In this document: positions 28,591 through 37,678 of the stretch, piece after piece
How positions within the stretch are numbered: position 1 is the stretch's first letter
How the letters are laid out: every line of letters begins with the position of its first letter
NCBI GenBank assembly: GCA_035291665.1
Contig: DATDRP010000003.1
Coordinates: 20,549 to 84,548 of the forward strand
Reading direction: 5' to 3'
DNA length: 64,000 bases
Source of the DNA: Patescibacteria group bacterium
GTDB taxonomy: Bacteria; Patescibacteriota; Microgenomatia; UBA8517
Made by a program: the position numbers and the translations under genes
The notes under the pieces: generated by a model
Databases searched by the model: none
The model's input: only the letters and a program-made list of their open reading frames with translations
Told to the model about the DNA's origin: nothing

Positions 28591-29113
28591 TCACTAATTA
28601 TACACGAATTAAAATCACTAATTTACTACTAATTACATGCTAATATTAACCTGAATGGCCAAATTAATCTTCCCTAAATTAAGTTATACCATAATGGGAA
28701 TCCTTTTTCAGATTCATGCAAAACTCGGGAATCAATATCAAGAAAAATACTACCAACGAGCATTAGAATCGGCCTTAAAAGAACATGATATAAAATATAA
28801 AAAAGAACTCAAATCGGACTTATTTTATAACGAAGTAAAGATAGGGAAATATTTTCTCGACTTTTTGATTGAAGATAAAATTATATTAGAGTTAAAGACT
28901 AAACCCTTTTTTACTGGTCAGGATATAAGACAGGTTTTAGCTTACTTAAAAGCCAACAATAAACGTTTAGGTATTCTGGCAAATTTTAGAACTGGAAGTC
29001 TCACATATAAAAGAATTATTAATAACCACTACACCCCATTCATAAATAATTCGTGATTCCTATTCGTGAGCAATTCGTGATTTAGTGTATTAAATTCGTA
29101 AGTAATTAGTGAT
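28591..29113. repeat. Inverted arms around GxxExxY gene
   Basis: Left cactaatt/cacgaatt units (28591-28645) face right aattcgtg/aattagtg units (29048-29113). Confidence 0.85.
28655..29056 (+). CDS. GxxExxY family protein (PD-(D/E)xK nuclease-like)
   Basis: LGNQYQEKYYQRAL, DFLIEDKIILELK, Q...YLK....LGILANF; first Gly of the motif replaced by Gln. Confidence 0.9.
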   Translation: MAKLIFPKLSYTIMGILFQIHAKLGNQYQEKYYQRALESALKEHDIKYKKELKSDLFYNEVKIGKYFLDFLIEDKIILELKTKPFFTGQDIRQVLAYLKANNKRLGILANFRTGSLTYKRIINNHYTPFINNS

Positions 29114-31457
29114 CAGCCAACGGCAGTGTCAGTGTGAATGTGCTTCCTTTCCCAAGATCGCTTTCCGTAAGAACCAAATCCCCATTCATGATACGTGCAA
29201 ATTCACGGCTGATATATAATCCCAAACCCGTACCTCCGGCTTGTCTTTGTGTGATGTCATCCATAACTTGCTGGAAACGCTGGAATAAAAGATTCTGCTT
29301 GTGTTTTGCAATCCCCATTCCCGTGTCGGAAACATCCACCCGCAGCATTTTTCCATCAATTGTATTTCTGACAGTAATACCTCCTTCACCTGTAAATTTA
29401 ATTGAGTTTCCGATGAGATTAATAAGTATTTCTTTGAACAAGCCTTCATCCGCAGCAATAAATTGGTTTTTGGGATCTTCAATATTTTCCGCTTTAATAT
29501 ACAGTCCTTTATTTTTAGCCAAAGATTCCAGTTCATGAATAATCTGTTTTGTAATAAAATTGGCGTCTACTTTTTCCATTTTAAATTTAAGCCGCGCCTG
29601 ATCAAGTCGGGACACATTCAAAAAATCAGATACCAGTTTGGTAAGTCTCTCGGCAGAAGTTTGTGTATCCTGAAGAAGCTGTAAATCCACTTCGCTGAGA
29701 TGGCTTTTTCCGTATCCCGCTTGGATCGTATCAAGGTTTCCGGAAATAATTGTTAATGGTGTGCGGAGTTCGTGCGATGCAATAGAAAAAAAGTCATCTT
29801 TCTGCTGTTGAAGGCTCACTTCCTCAGTAATGTCATGAATAATTCTTACAACACCTGCAAAGGATCCTTCAACCGTGACAGGTGAAGCGTTGATGCTTGC
29901 ATCAATCAATCTTCCCGATTTGCTTTGAATTTTTAATTTGGTTTCTCTGTTTTTTGCCGTAACTGCAGCGGTGTCGCTAAGATGGGCAGGGGAAATCGGT
30001 TTACTTTCTTTATCAAATGCTTTGATCGTGTCGGAATAATCTCTTCCGATAAATTCATCCGACTTGTACCCAAATGTATTCTCAAATGAAGGGTTGACAT
30101 AAGTTACCATCCCTTTACTGTCGGTTAATATTACCGCTTCTCCGGTATTTTCAAGGATGGCCTGGCTTTTTACCTGCTCTTCTTTGAGGGCATGAGAACC
30201 GGATCGAAGTTTTGCCTGAATTATGATTTCTGCTTCCTTTTCCTCTGAAGCATCACGGAATATTTTGATAGCGCCTTTTACCTCGCCATCGATGATAAGC
30301 GGTGTTGTCATTGAAACTATCGGGAATTTCCTGCCCGAGGATTCGACATAGTAATAATGATTGGCATCAAGATCGGTAATAATCGTTACCGCTTTTTTAA
30401 GTACCTGTACCGAAACTCTTTTTTCTAAAGGAATTTCCACTGTTCCTTCATATGCTTTTGCAAGTTCGCTCCATGATTTTCCGATAATTTCGCCTTCGGT
30501 AAGACCTAGTATTTTCGAGGCTGCTGGATTTACTAGATTTACTTTATAATCGGGCCCTATTACCAAAAGTCCTTCACCCATTGAGGAAATTATCAAATTT
30601 ATTCTATCCCTTTCCTCTTTCAGATTTTGTTCAAGGTTTTTTTCATCTTCAAGAACTTTCAGTAGCGTATCCCGTCTCTCCTCCAACTCCTTTTTTGCGT
30701 TTTCAAGCTCCTCTTTTTGTCTTACCAGTTCATGCATTACATTTTTCTGATCAGTAATATCTCTTTGAATCGCAAGAAAGCCTATCAGTTCACCTTTTTC
30801 ATTTGCGATCGGATTGACTGAATTGCTGATGATAATTAAAGTTCCGTCTTTCTTTTTATTAATCATCTCTATATTGACGGGCTTTTTTGATGTAATAGTG
30901 TCCCAAAACCGGGCATAAAATTCAGATGTTTGTTTTCCGGATTTTAATAGTCTGGGGGTTTTTCCTTTCCACTCATCTTGTGTATACCCATAAGTGTTGG
31001 TAAATGACGGATTAACATACTGTAAAATTCCATTTTCATCGGTGATAAAAATAACATCATTGGAGCGTTCAATCCCAAGATGGAGGGCTAACGTATGTTC
31101 CTTCAACTGGATTATCTTTTTTGTTGAATCAGTAAAATAACCAATAACGTAGGAAACCAGAATCATTCCTATTCCGCCGACGATTGGCTGATAATAGATG
31201 TCATTAAACGTTGCTCCGGAAGTAAGATAGACAAAGATAAAGTTAATAACAAAAGCGAGAGATCCGCTAACAACACCTGTTTTCATTCCAAAGACAGCGG
31301 GAAATGTCAGTATGGGTACAGCAATAGCAGCCTGAGCAATATTTCCGACAATAGGAAGTCCGATAACAAGGCCTGCAATATAAAATATTACCGAAGATCC
31401 GGCAATCAGAACTTTCCGCAAGTTTTTATTATTAAGAGTTTGGGCAGGTTCGGGCAT
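29106..31457 (-). CDS. Multi-PAS sensor histidine kinase
   Basis: N-terminal TMs, three PAS domains (YVNPSF..G), ASHELRTP, GTGLGL. Confidence 0.95.
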   Translation of the reverse strand: MPEPAQTLNNKNLRKVLIAGSSVIFYIAGLVIGLPIVGNIAQAAIAVPILTFPAVFGMKTGVVSGSLAFVINFIFVYLTSGATFNDIYYQPIVGGIGMILVSYVIGYFTDSTKKIIQLKEHTLALHLGIERSNDVIFITDENGILQYVNPSFTNTYGYTQDEWKGKTPRLLKSGKQTSEFYARFWDTITSKKPVNIEMINKKKDGTLIIISNSVNPIANEKGELIGFLAIQRDITDQKNVMHELVRQKEELENAKKELEERRDTLLKVLEDEKNLEQNLKEERDRINLIISSMGEGLLVIGPDYKVNLVNPAASKILGLTEGEIIGKSWSELAKAYEGTVEIPLEKRVSVQVLKKAVTIITDLDANHYYYVESSGRKFPIVSMTTPLIIDGEVKGAIKIFRDASEEKEAEIIIQAKLRSGSHALKEEQVKSQAILENTGEAVILTDSKGMVTYVNPSFENTFGYKSDEFIGRDYSDTIKAFDKESKPISPAHLSDTAAVTAKNRETKLKIQSKSGRLIDASINASPVTVEGSFAGVVRIIHDITEEVSLQQQKDDFFSIASHELRTPLTIISGNLDTIQAGYGKSHLSEVDLQLLQDTQTSAERLTKLVSDFLNVSRLDQARLKFKMEKVDANFITKQIIHELESLAKNKGLYIKAENIEDPKNQFIAADEGLFKEILINLIGNSIKFTGEGGITVRNTIDGKMLRVDVSDTGMGIAKHKQNLLFQRFQQVMDDITQRQAGGTGLGLYISREFARIMNGDLVLTESDLGKGSTFTLTLPLADH

Positions 31458-31466
31458 ACATTCATA

Positions 31467-31571
31467 TTAACAAACAATACCTCACTAATTAATTGCTAAT
31501 TCCAATTGGAGATTAATTCGTGTTTCTAATTTGTGAGTAATTAGTGATCAAAATTCGCTTGCAATTCGTGA
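31467..31571. repeat. Second gene-less GxxExxY-type cassette
   Basis: Shares ttaacaaacaa, actaattaaYtgctaatt, gtgagtaatt and ttgcaattcgtga with 16562-16690. Confidence 0.8.
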
Positions 31572-33821
31572 TTAAATTTCTTCCATAATTCCCTTAATCT
31601 CTTCCTCATTCAAAACCCCCGTTACAACTTTGACTACACTTCCCCGGCGGTCCAAAAACAAGTGGGTCGGGAGTGAGTTGATATTCAATTCTTCCATTAG
31701 CTCACCATCTGCATCGACGACAATATCGTATTCATATTGCCCGCGGCGAGAAAAAATTAAAACTCTGGATAGAGTTTCCTGACTTGCGATAACTGCACCT
31801 TTTATTGTCCGGTCCTTTAGTAACCTATCCAATACTGACACCTGTTCAATAGCCAGCGGGTTCCAGCTTCCGATAAAGCTAATTACCGCATTGTCTCCTC
31901 TTAAATCCCTGATATCGAATACTTTGTCGTTTATTGTGGGAAGATTAAAATTATCAAGAATTTTCCCCATCAGAGGATTTGAAATATTACCAATCTCAGC
32001 TTGTTTTATCCTGATAAGAGCTTTTTCGGTTAAATATTTTACAAAACCGAACCTGAAAAAACCGAAATTCAACCCGCTTGCTTTGGAAAGTTCAAAATCG
32101 GAATTCAAGACCGTTGATCTTTCTAAAGAAAATATTTGGCTCGTCAGAATGTCATAGCCTGATGCTTTGACTGTTAAATAATATGTTCCGGGCGGAAGTA
32201 AATATTGGTAAACACCATCTTTTATGTCTTGCGGATTGTCCTGTCCGAAAGTCTTCCCATCCCAAACATTCCAGATTTTTGTTAACGGATCCTGGACATA
32301 GACCGTAACTTTTCCTTTTGAAATAGATTTACCTGATTCCTTATCGCTTATTTCACCGGGTCCGACAACCAAAATTTTGTTTAATGTTTTTGTTGTAATG
32401 TTACCTGCTCCATCAACAGCTTTTGCCGAAAGATCATACAATCCGACTTCAGGAAAATTAATAAATCCCGACCATAGCCCCGTATCAACCGATTGATCGA
32501 GTGGAAATGTCAGATCACCTGCATAAAGCGTCACTTCGGATGGACCGCCAACGGTAGAAAGGGTTACCTTGTGGTCAATTCCCGTCATCGTGATAATCAC
32601 ACCTTCTTCGTTCGGGATAAGGGGTTGCGGGCCTACCGATATCAAATTTCCCCCAACTCGCGGAGGAAGCCTGTCGATGACAAGAATTATTGTCTCAGAT
32701 TTTCCTGTATTTCCCCGTTCATCAAGAGCTCTTACAATAACCTCGTAATTTCCATCTTCAAAAACATAAGGCAGGAAATCAAAAGTTACTTCATCGGTCC
32801 CCAAGTTTTCAGTATTATCGGCTGGCAGCCAATTCTCCCCTCCGTCTGTTGAATATGAAACGCTTGCGACTTCTTCATTATCGGTTGCCGTTCCTTCAAT
32901 AACCGGAGGTTCGGTGTAACTTGATTCAATATCGGTCGTCAGGCTCACCCGGGGAGCAGTTCTATCAACCGGAATTGGCGTGGGGGTTGGAGTTGACGTA
33001 GTTGTAGTAGTGGTAGGAGTTGGGGTTGAAGTTGCTGTTGCGGACGTCGGAGCAGCAGTCGCTCCGGTTGCAGAAGTTGAAAACGTATATTCACTTGAAC
33101 AACCTTGATTACCAGAACCATCAGTCGAACACACGCGGTAATAATAAGGCGTACCGGCCGCTAAAGACTGGGTAATTGTTAAGGAATGAGAAGTAACCAT
33201 TTGTGAACCACTTGCCGAAAAAGGATATATTTGCTCCTCCGCATTAACGTCATACTGAACTACAGAACTTGCTGATTCATTAGTCGTCCAAGTAATAGTT
33301 GCGGAACCTGTTGTGATTGAACTCGCGGTGACATTTGTAATTGTTGGTGCTGTAACATCATTTTGGCCAGTGACCGTAAAAATCAAACTTCCAGTACAAC
33401 TTACCGGATTTGCTCCACCGCTATCATCGGAAACCTGAACAACCCAATCGCTGGAAGCACCTTCGATATCTCCAATGCTTAATGTTATAGTGGGGCTAAT
33501 CGAGGCTCCGGGAGCTAAGGAGGTCGATGCATAGCGAAACGTATATGAATCATTTGCTACATCTACATACCAGGAAGGATATATAGAATAACCTTGAAGA
33601 GTGGTTTCATTATGTGGCTTATATAATCTAATCCACAACACATTTGCAGACGGATCGCCATTTGTAACCGTGAATATATATGGAGACTGTACATTTGGTT
33701 GGTTATCTGTAGGTGTTGCGGTTGCAATACAAGATTCGATAGCTGCCTTTACGTTCACAGGAAAAATAATTTTAGCCAAAAAAACAAGGAATAATATAAC
33801 TAATAAAATAAATTTTCTCAC
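31572..33821 (-). CDS. Exported multidomain protein: FN3/Ig-like domains, carboxypeptidase-regulatory-like domain, C-terminal Cys-less thioredoxin-like domain
   Basis: Signal peptide; ATITWTTNE..SSVVQY FN3; FNLPT...FIGSWNPLAIEQ...LPTHLFLDRRG redoxin fold without CxxC. Confidence 0.75.
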   Translation of the reverse strand: MRKFILLVILFLVFLAKIIFPVNVKAAIESCIATATPTDNQPNVQSPYIFTVTNGDPSANVLWIRLYKPHNETTLQGYSIYPSWYVDVANDSYTFRYASTSLAPGASISPTITLSIGDIEGASSDWVVQVSDDSGGANPVSCTGSLIFTVTGQNDVTAPTITNVTASSITTGSATITWTTNESASSVVQYDVNAEEQIYPFSASGSQMVTSHSLTITQSLAAGTPYYYRVCSTDGSGNQGCSSEYTFSTSATGATAAPTSATATSTPTPTTTTTTSTPTPTPIPVDRTAPRVSLTTDIESSYTEPPVIEGTATDNEEVASVSYSTDGGENWLPADNTENLGTDEVTFDFLPYVFEDGNYEVIVRALDERGNTGKSETIILVIDRLPPRVGGNLISVGPQPLIPNEEGVIITMTGIDHKVTLSTVGGPSEVTLYAGDLTFPLDQSVDTGLWSGFINFPEVGLYDLSAKAVDGAGNITTKTLNKILVVGPGEISDKESGKSISKGKVTVYVQDPLTKIWNVWDGKTFGQDNPQDIKDGVYQYLLPPGTYYLTVKASGYDILTSQIFSLERSTVLNSDFELSKASGLNFGFFRFGFVKYLTEKALIRIKQAEIGNISNPLMGKILDNFNLPTINDKVFDIRDLRGDNAVISFIGSWNPLAIEQVSVLDRLLKDRTIKGAVIASQETLSRVLIFSRRGQYEYDIVVDADGELMEELNINSLPTHLFLDRRGSVVKVVTGVLNEEEIKGIMEEI

Positions 33822-33910
33822 GGCAGGTTCCTTTTTTAGAATAACACTTCACTCGATTAATATAAATTGTGCAATTTATAATGATGAAGTTTAAAATATA
33901 AATAAAATAA

Positions 33911-36043
33911 TTGATGCTTAGTAAAATGATTCAAGACGAAATTCCAAACCTTATAAAAACTGCAATTGACTATGGAAAGAAAGGAGATCTTAAAAAATCA
34001 ATAAACTACTTCTTAAAAGCTGAAAAGTTATTACCGAATAATCCCTTAATCACCTACAATCTTGGCCATGCTTATCATGTCAGTAAAAAACCTCTCCAGG
34101 CAATAAAATATTTCAAAATAACACTCCATCAATTTCCCAACGATCTTGAATCCATGATTAGCATAGGGAGCTGCTATCAGGAATTAGAAGATTATAGCCA
34201 GGCTGAAAAATATTATAATCATATTCTCAAATATTCGCCCCAACATCCAGAAACACTCGCCAACCTCGGTTCGCTTTGCCTTGAAATGAACAGACCAAAA
34301 ATTGCAATTCGACTGCTTAAAAAAGCTCTCAAATACAATCCGAACTTATCTAAGGCTTACTATAATCTTGCCAACACTTACTATAAAACCGGGCAAAGAC
34401 ATAAAGCTTTAAAACTTTTAAACAAAGCTATTTCTATCGATCCCAAATATTCCCAGGCATACAATCTGCAAGGGCAAATCTATTACGAGTTCGAGAAACC
34501 GGAAGAGGCAATAAAATCACTCGGTGAGGCGATTAAAAATACACCTAACGAAGCCTACTGTTATCTCAATTTAGCAAATATTTTGAAAAACACCAAATAC
34601 AGGAAAAAAGCGATCACACTTTACCAAAAAGCAATAAAGATCATGCCCCGCTTCAGTAAAACTTATCCGCATCTTTATATGCAGTACAGGCAAATATGCG
34701 CATGGAGCAAACTACCTAAGCTTGAAAAAAGAATTAACCATGATAACGTCAAACCTTTCAAAAGATTATTTGTTCCTACTGAAACACCATTCGGTGACTT
34801 ATTCAGAATCGCAGATCCTGCCCAGAACCTTAATATAGCCCGCAGATGGAGCGAGGCAATTGATAGAAGCATGAAGATATTCAATATGAAGTTTAATTTT
34901 ATACCTGCAAAAAAGGATCGCATTAATGTTGGCTACATTTCAGCTGATTTCCAATTTCATCCCGTAAATGTAATCATGTCTCCCTTCTATAAAGAACATG
35001 ATAGAAAGAAATTTGAAATATTTGCTTATTGCTATGGGCCAAAGTCCAGCGATGCATACCGTAAAACTGTCGAGGACGGTGTGGATCACTTTAAAATGAT
35101 TCGAAAAAATCATTTCTCAAAAGCGGCAAGAATTATTTACGAAGACAAAATTGACATATTGGTTGACCTGATGGGATATACGCAAAATTCCATCGTCGAA
35201 ATTTCTGCACTGAGACCCGCACCGATCCAGATATCCTATTTAGGTTTCCCAGGATCGATGGGTGCCTCTTTTATAGATTATATAATTGCGGATAAGATTC
35301 TTATCCCGGAAAATGAACAAAAATTCTACACTGAAAAAATTATTTATATGCCCCGCTGTTATCAAATTAACCATCCTTATTTAGTATCCAACAAAGGTTT
35401 CAAAAGAAGCGATGTCGGTCTTCCTGAAAATAAATTCATCTTCTCCAGTTTCAATCGGCCGGAAAAAATTGAACCGGTGATCTTTGCGTCATGGATGAAC
35501 ATTTTGAAAAAAGTGGAGAAAAGTATATTGCTTCTTTGGGTGCAGCCGGAGATCAAGGATGCAAGAAACAACCTTCTTTACTATACTCAAAAACACGGCG
35601 TTGACGTCAGACGGATATATTTTGCGGACCAGCTTCCACTTCCCGAACATCTGGAAAGAATGGGGTTAACTGATCTTTCGTTAGATCCCATGATTTATTC
35701 CGGAGGACACACAACAAGCCTATGTTCATGGGCAGGACTTCCGGTTATTACTATCAAAGGAACGCACTACCTTTCAAGAATGAGCGACAGTATTCTCAAA
35801 GCAATGGACATGGATGAACTGGTTTGCGATAACTTAACTGAATATGAAAAGCTTGCTGTCAAATTGGCAAACGACAAGGAATCTTTATGGGTTATTAAAA
35901 GAAAACTTCTGAAAAAAAGAACTGAATCGGATTTTTTCCATACAGAAAAAAATATAAGATACCTCGAACAAGCTTATTTGAATACTTTTGAGATTTATCA
36001 AAAAGGTGGGAAACCTAGACATATAAATGTCTCCAAACTTTAG
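33911..36043 (+). CDS. TPR-containing GT41 (O-GlcNAc transferase / SPINDLY-like) glycosyltransferase
   Basis: About 7 TPRs; VGYISADFQFHPV, IDILVDLMGYT, RPAPIQISYLGFPGS, SFNRPEKI, YSGGHTT. Confidence 0.92.
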   Translation: MMLSKMIQDEIPNLIKTAIDYGKKGDLKKSINYFLKAEKLLPNNPLITYNLGHAYHVSKKPLQAIKYFKITLHQFPNDLESMISIGSCYQELEDYSQAEKYYNHILKYSPQHPETLANLGSLCLEMNRPKIAIRLLKKALKYNPNLSKAYYNLANTYYKTGQRHKALKLLNKAISIDPKYSQAYNLQGQIYYEFEKPEEAIKSLGEAIKNTPNEAYCYLNLANILKNTKYRKKAITLYQKAIKIMPRFSKTYPHLYMQYRQICAWSKLPKLEKRINHDNVKPFKRLFVPTETPFGDLFRIADPAQNLNIARRWSEAIDRSMKIFNMKFNFIPAKKDRINVGYISADFQFHPVNVIMSPFYKEHDRKKFEIFAYCYGPKSSDAYRKTVEDGVDHFKMIRKNHFSKAARIIYEDKIDILVDLMGYTQNSIVEISALRPAPIQISYLGFPGSMGASFIDYIIADKILIPENEQKFYTEKIIYMPRCYQINHPYLVSNKGFKRSDVGLPENKFIFSSFNRPEKIEPVIFASWMNILKKVEKSILLLWVQPEIKDARNNLLYYTQKHGVDVRRIYFADQLPLPEHLERMGLTDLSLDPMIYSGGHTTSLCSWAGLPVITIKGTHYLSRMSDSILKAMDMDELVCDNLTEYEKLAVKLANDKESLWVIKRKLLKKRTESDFFHTEKNIRYLEQAYLNTFEIYQKGGKPRHINVSKL

Positions 36044-36066
36044 AATTTTGATCTGCAACCAATAAA

Positions 36067-37620
36067 TTAGGAAGACAATTGATTGATTATTACTTGCGCT
36101 TTTTGGACAAGTGCATCCGCTTGTTCGTTAGTAATTTTATTTCCGCTCTGCGCCTCAACTGCATTGATAAACGCCTGAAGTGAATTGATCGCCGCCTGAT
36201 CATTGTTTTCATTTACATCGCCAAGAGCACTTTGGGCTGTTTCAAGTTTTTGGTCTAAGCTATTCAGTATCCCGTTCTGGAAATTATACGAAATAACCAG
36301 ATCAACAAGGCTTTCTATTTGTTCAGTCGGTGATGGAACTTGGAAAAATGGATATACTCCCATATCGGCTCTTGTACCATCGGGGTCAAGGGGGCTATTT
36401 GGATCCCCTGAATCAATCGAAGGAGAAGAGCTTGTTAAATGATAATCTCCGTTTAATAAATCTACAAAAAGAGGATCTATGTCTAAAATTCCCACACTAT
36501 TTGTATCTGGCCAACCCCCTTGGATCAGACTATAATTTATATTTGCAAGAGTATACGATCCACCTCCAAATTCTGGTAGAGTAATAGGACTGTTAGAAAA
36601 TCCCGTATTCCCCCAAACGATTGAATTTGAAATATTAATCCAACCGCCCCAGTCTCTGTAATTCCTTATCTGTACAACAGTCTCATCTGATAATACCTCA
36701 CTTGTATTTCCAACAATCGTTGTATTACTTATTTCTAAAATCGAGTCATTACCATAATAGATAATACTTCCTCCCGTCTGGTGATTATTAGAAAATTCAC
36801 TATTGTTGATTACAAGCCATCCACCTTGCCAATCCGTAAATGAAAAATCATAATTGTCCCTTACTATAGTATTATTAAACGTTAGTGGAGGGTTTAAATC
36901 TCCACCAATACCACTATTCCCTATGACAGTTACATTGAAGTTATTATTATTTTCGATTAAAACATCATTAAGAGTTGCTCCCGCGCCAGCAACACTCATA
37001 CCACCATTATTGTTCATAAACCTAGAATTCGTAAAGGTAACGAATCCACTTTGCCCCCACTGACTACCTTCAATTTGAATGATACTATTCCCTGCATTAG
37101 TCTCATCTTCGTAATTGCTAATTTCAATATTATCGACTAAAGAATTTGGGGAACTTATAAAACAAACTGCTCTTCCCTCTTGGGCGATGTTATTATTAAT
37201 TATCAAGTCCTGTAATGTAATCGAGGAATCTCTAACATATACACCTCCACCACATCTTGGATTTCCACTCGAAATGATAGTACCCGAACCCCCGATGACC
37301 GTAAATCCCTGAAGTTTTGCTAAATTAGATTCACCAGTTACTGCACTTACAACAGATGAATTAATTCCTGTACCATCAATTGTAGTAAAAGCAGCTCCAT
37401 TTCCTTGTACAACAATGTCCTTTCCCTCAAAATTAATAACCTCGTTGTATGTTCCTGCAGCTACATTTACAACATCCCCTGTTTGAGCAATATCAATTGC
37501 AGATTGTATTGTTGAGTACTGTGAAGGAACTTCAAGTTGAGATGCAAATACTTTACCGGGAAATAAAATAAAAAATGGAGTTAAAACAGATACCAAAACC
37601 AATTTTAGATTATTCTTCAT
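36067..37620 (-). CDS. Secreted right-handed beta-helix (pectin lyase-like) protein with C-terminal helical FIMAH-like domain
   Basis: Signal peptide; VPSQYSTIQSAID, DPLFVD..GDYHL..SSPSIDSG..DG.RADMG; AINSLQAFINAVEAQSGNKI. Confidence 0.8.
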   Translation of the reverse strand: MKNNLKLVLVSVLTPFFILFPGKVFASQLEVPSQYSTIQSAIDIAQTGDVVNVAAGTYNEVINFEGKDIVVQGNGAAFTTIDGTGINSSVVSAVTGESNLAKLQGFTVIGGSGTIISSGNPRCGGGVYVRDSSITLQDLIINNNIAQEGRAVCFISSPNSLVDNIEISNYEDETNAGNSIIQIEGSQWGQSGFVTFTNSRFMNNNGGMSVAGAGATLNDVLIENNNNFNVTVIGNSGIGGDLNPPLTFNNTIVRDNYDFSFTDWQGGWLVINNSEFSNNHQTGGSIIYYGNDSILEISNTTIVGNTSEVLSDETVVQIRNYRDWGGWINISNSIVWGNTGFSNSPITLPEFGGGSYTLANINYSLIQGGWPDTNSVGILDIDPLFVDLLNGDYHLTSSSPSIDSGDPNSPLDPDGTRADMGVYPFFQVPSPTEQIESLVDLVISYNFQNGILNSLDQKLETAQSALGDVNENNDQAAINSLQAFINAVEAQSGNKITNEQADALVQKAQVIINQLSS

Positions 37621-37678
37621 TCAGTTAGCCCATTCTAACACATATTGTCAAACAATCGGTTTTTTTGTAAATTGAAGT

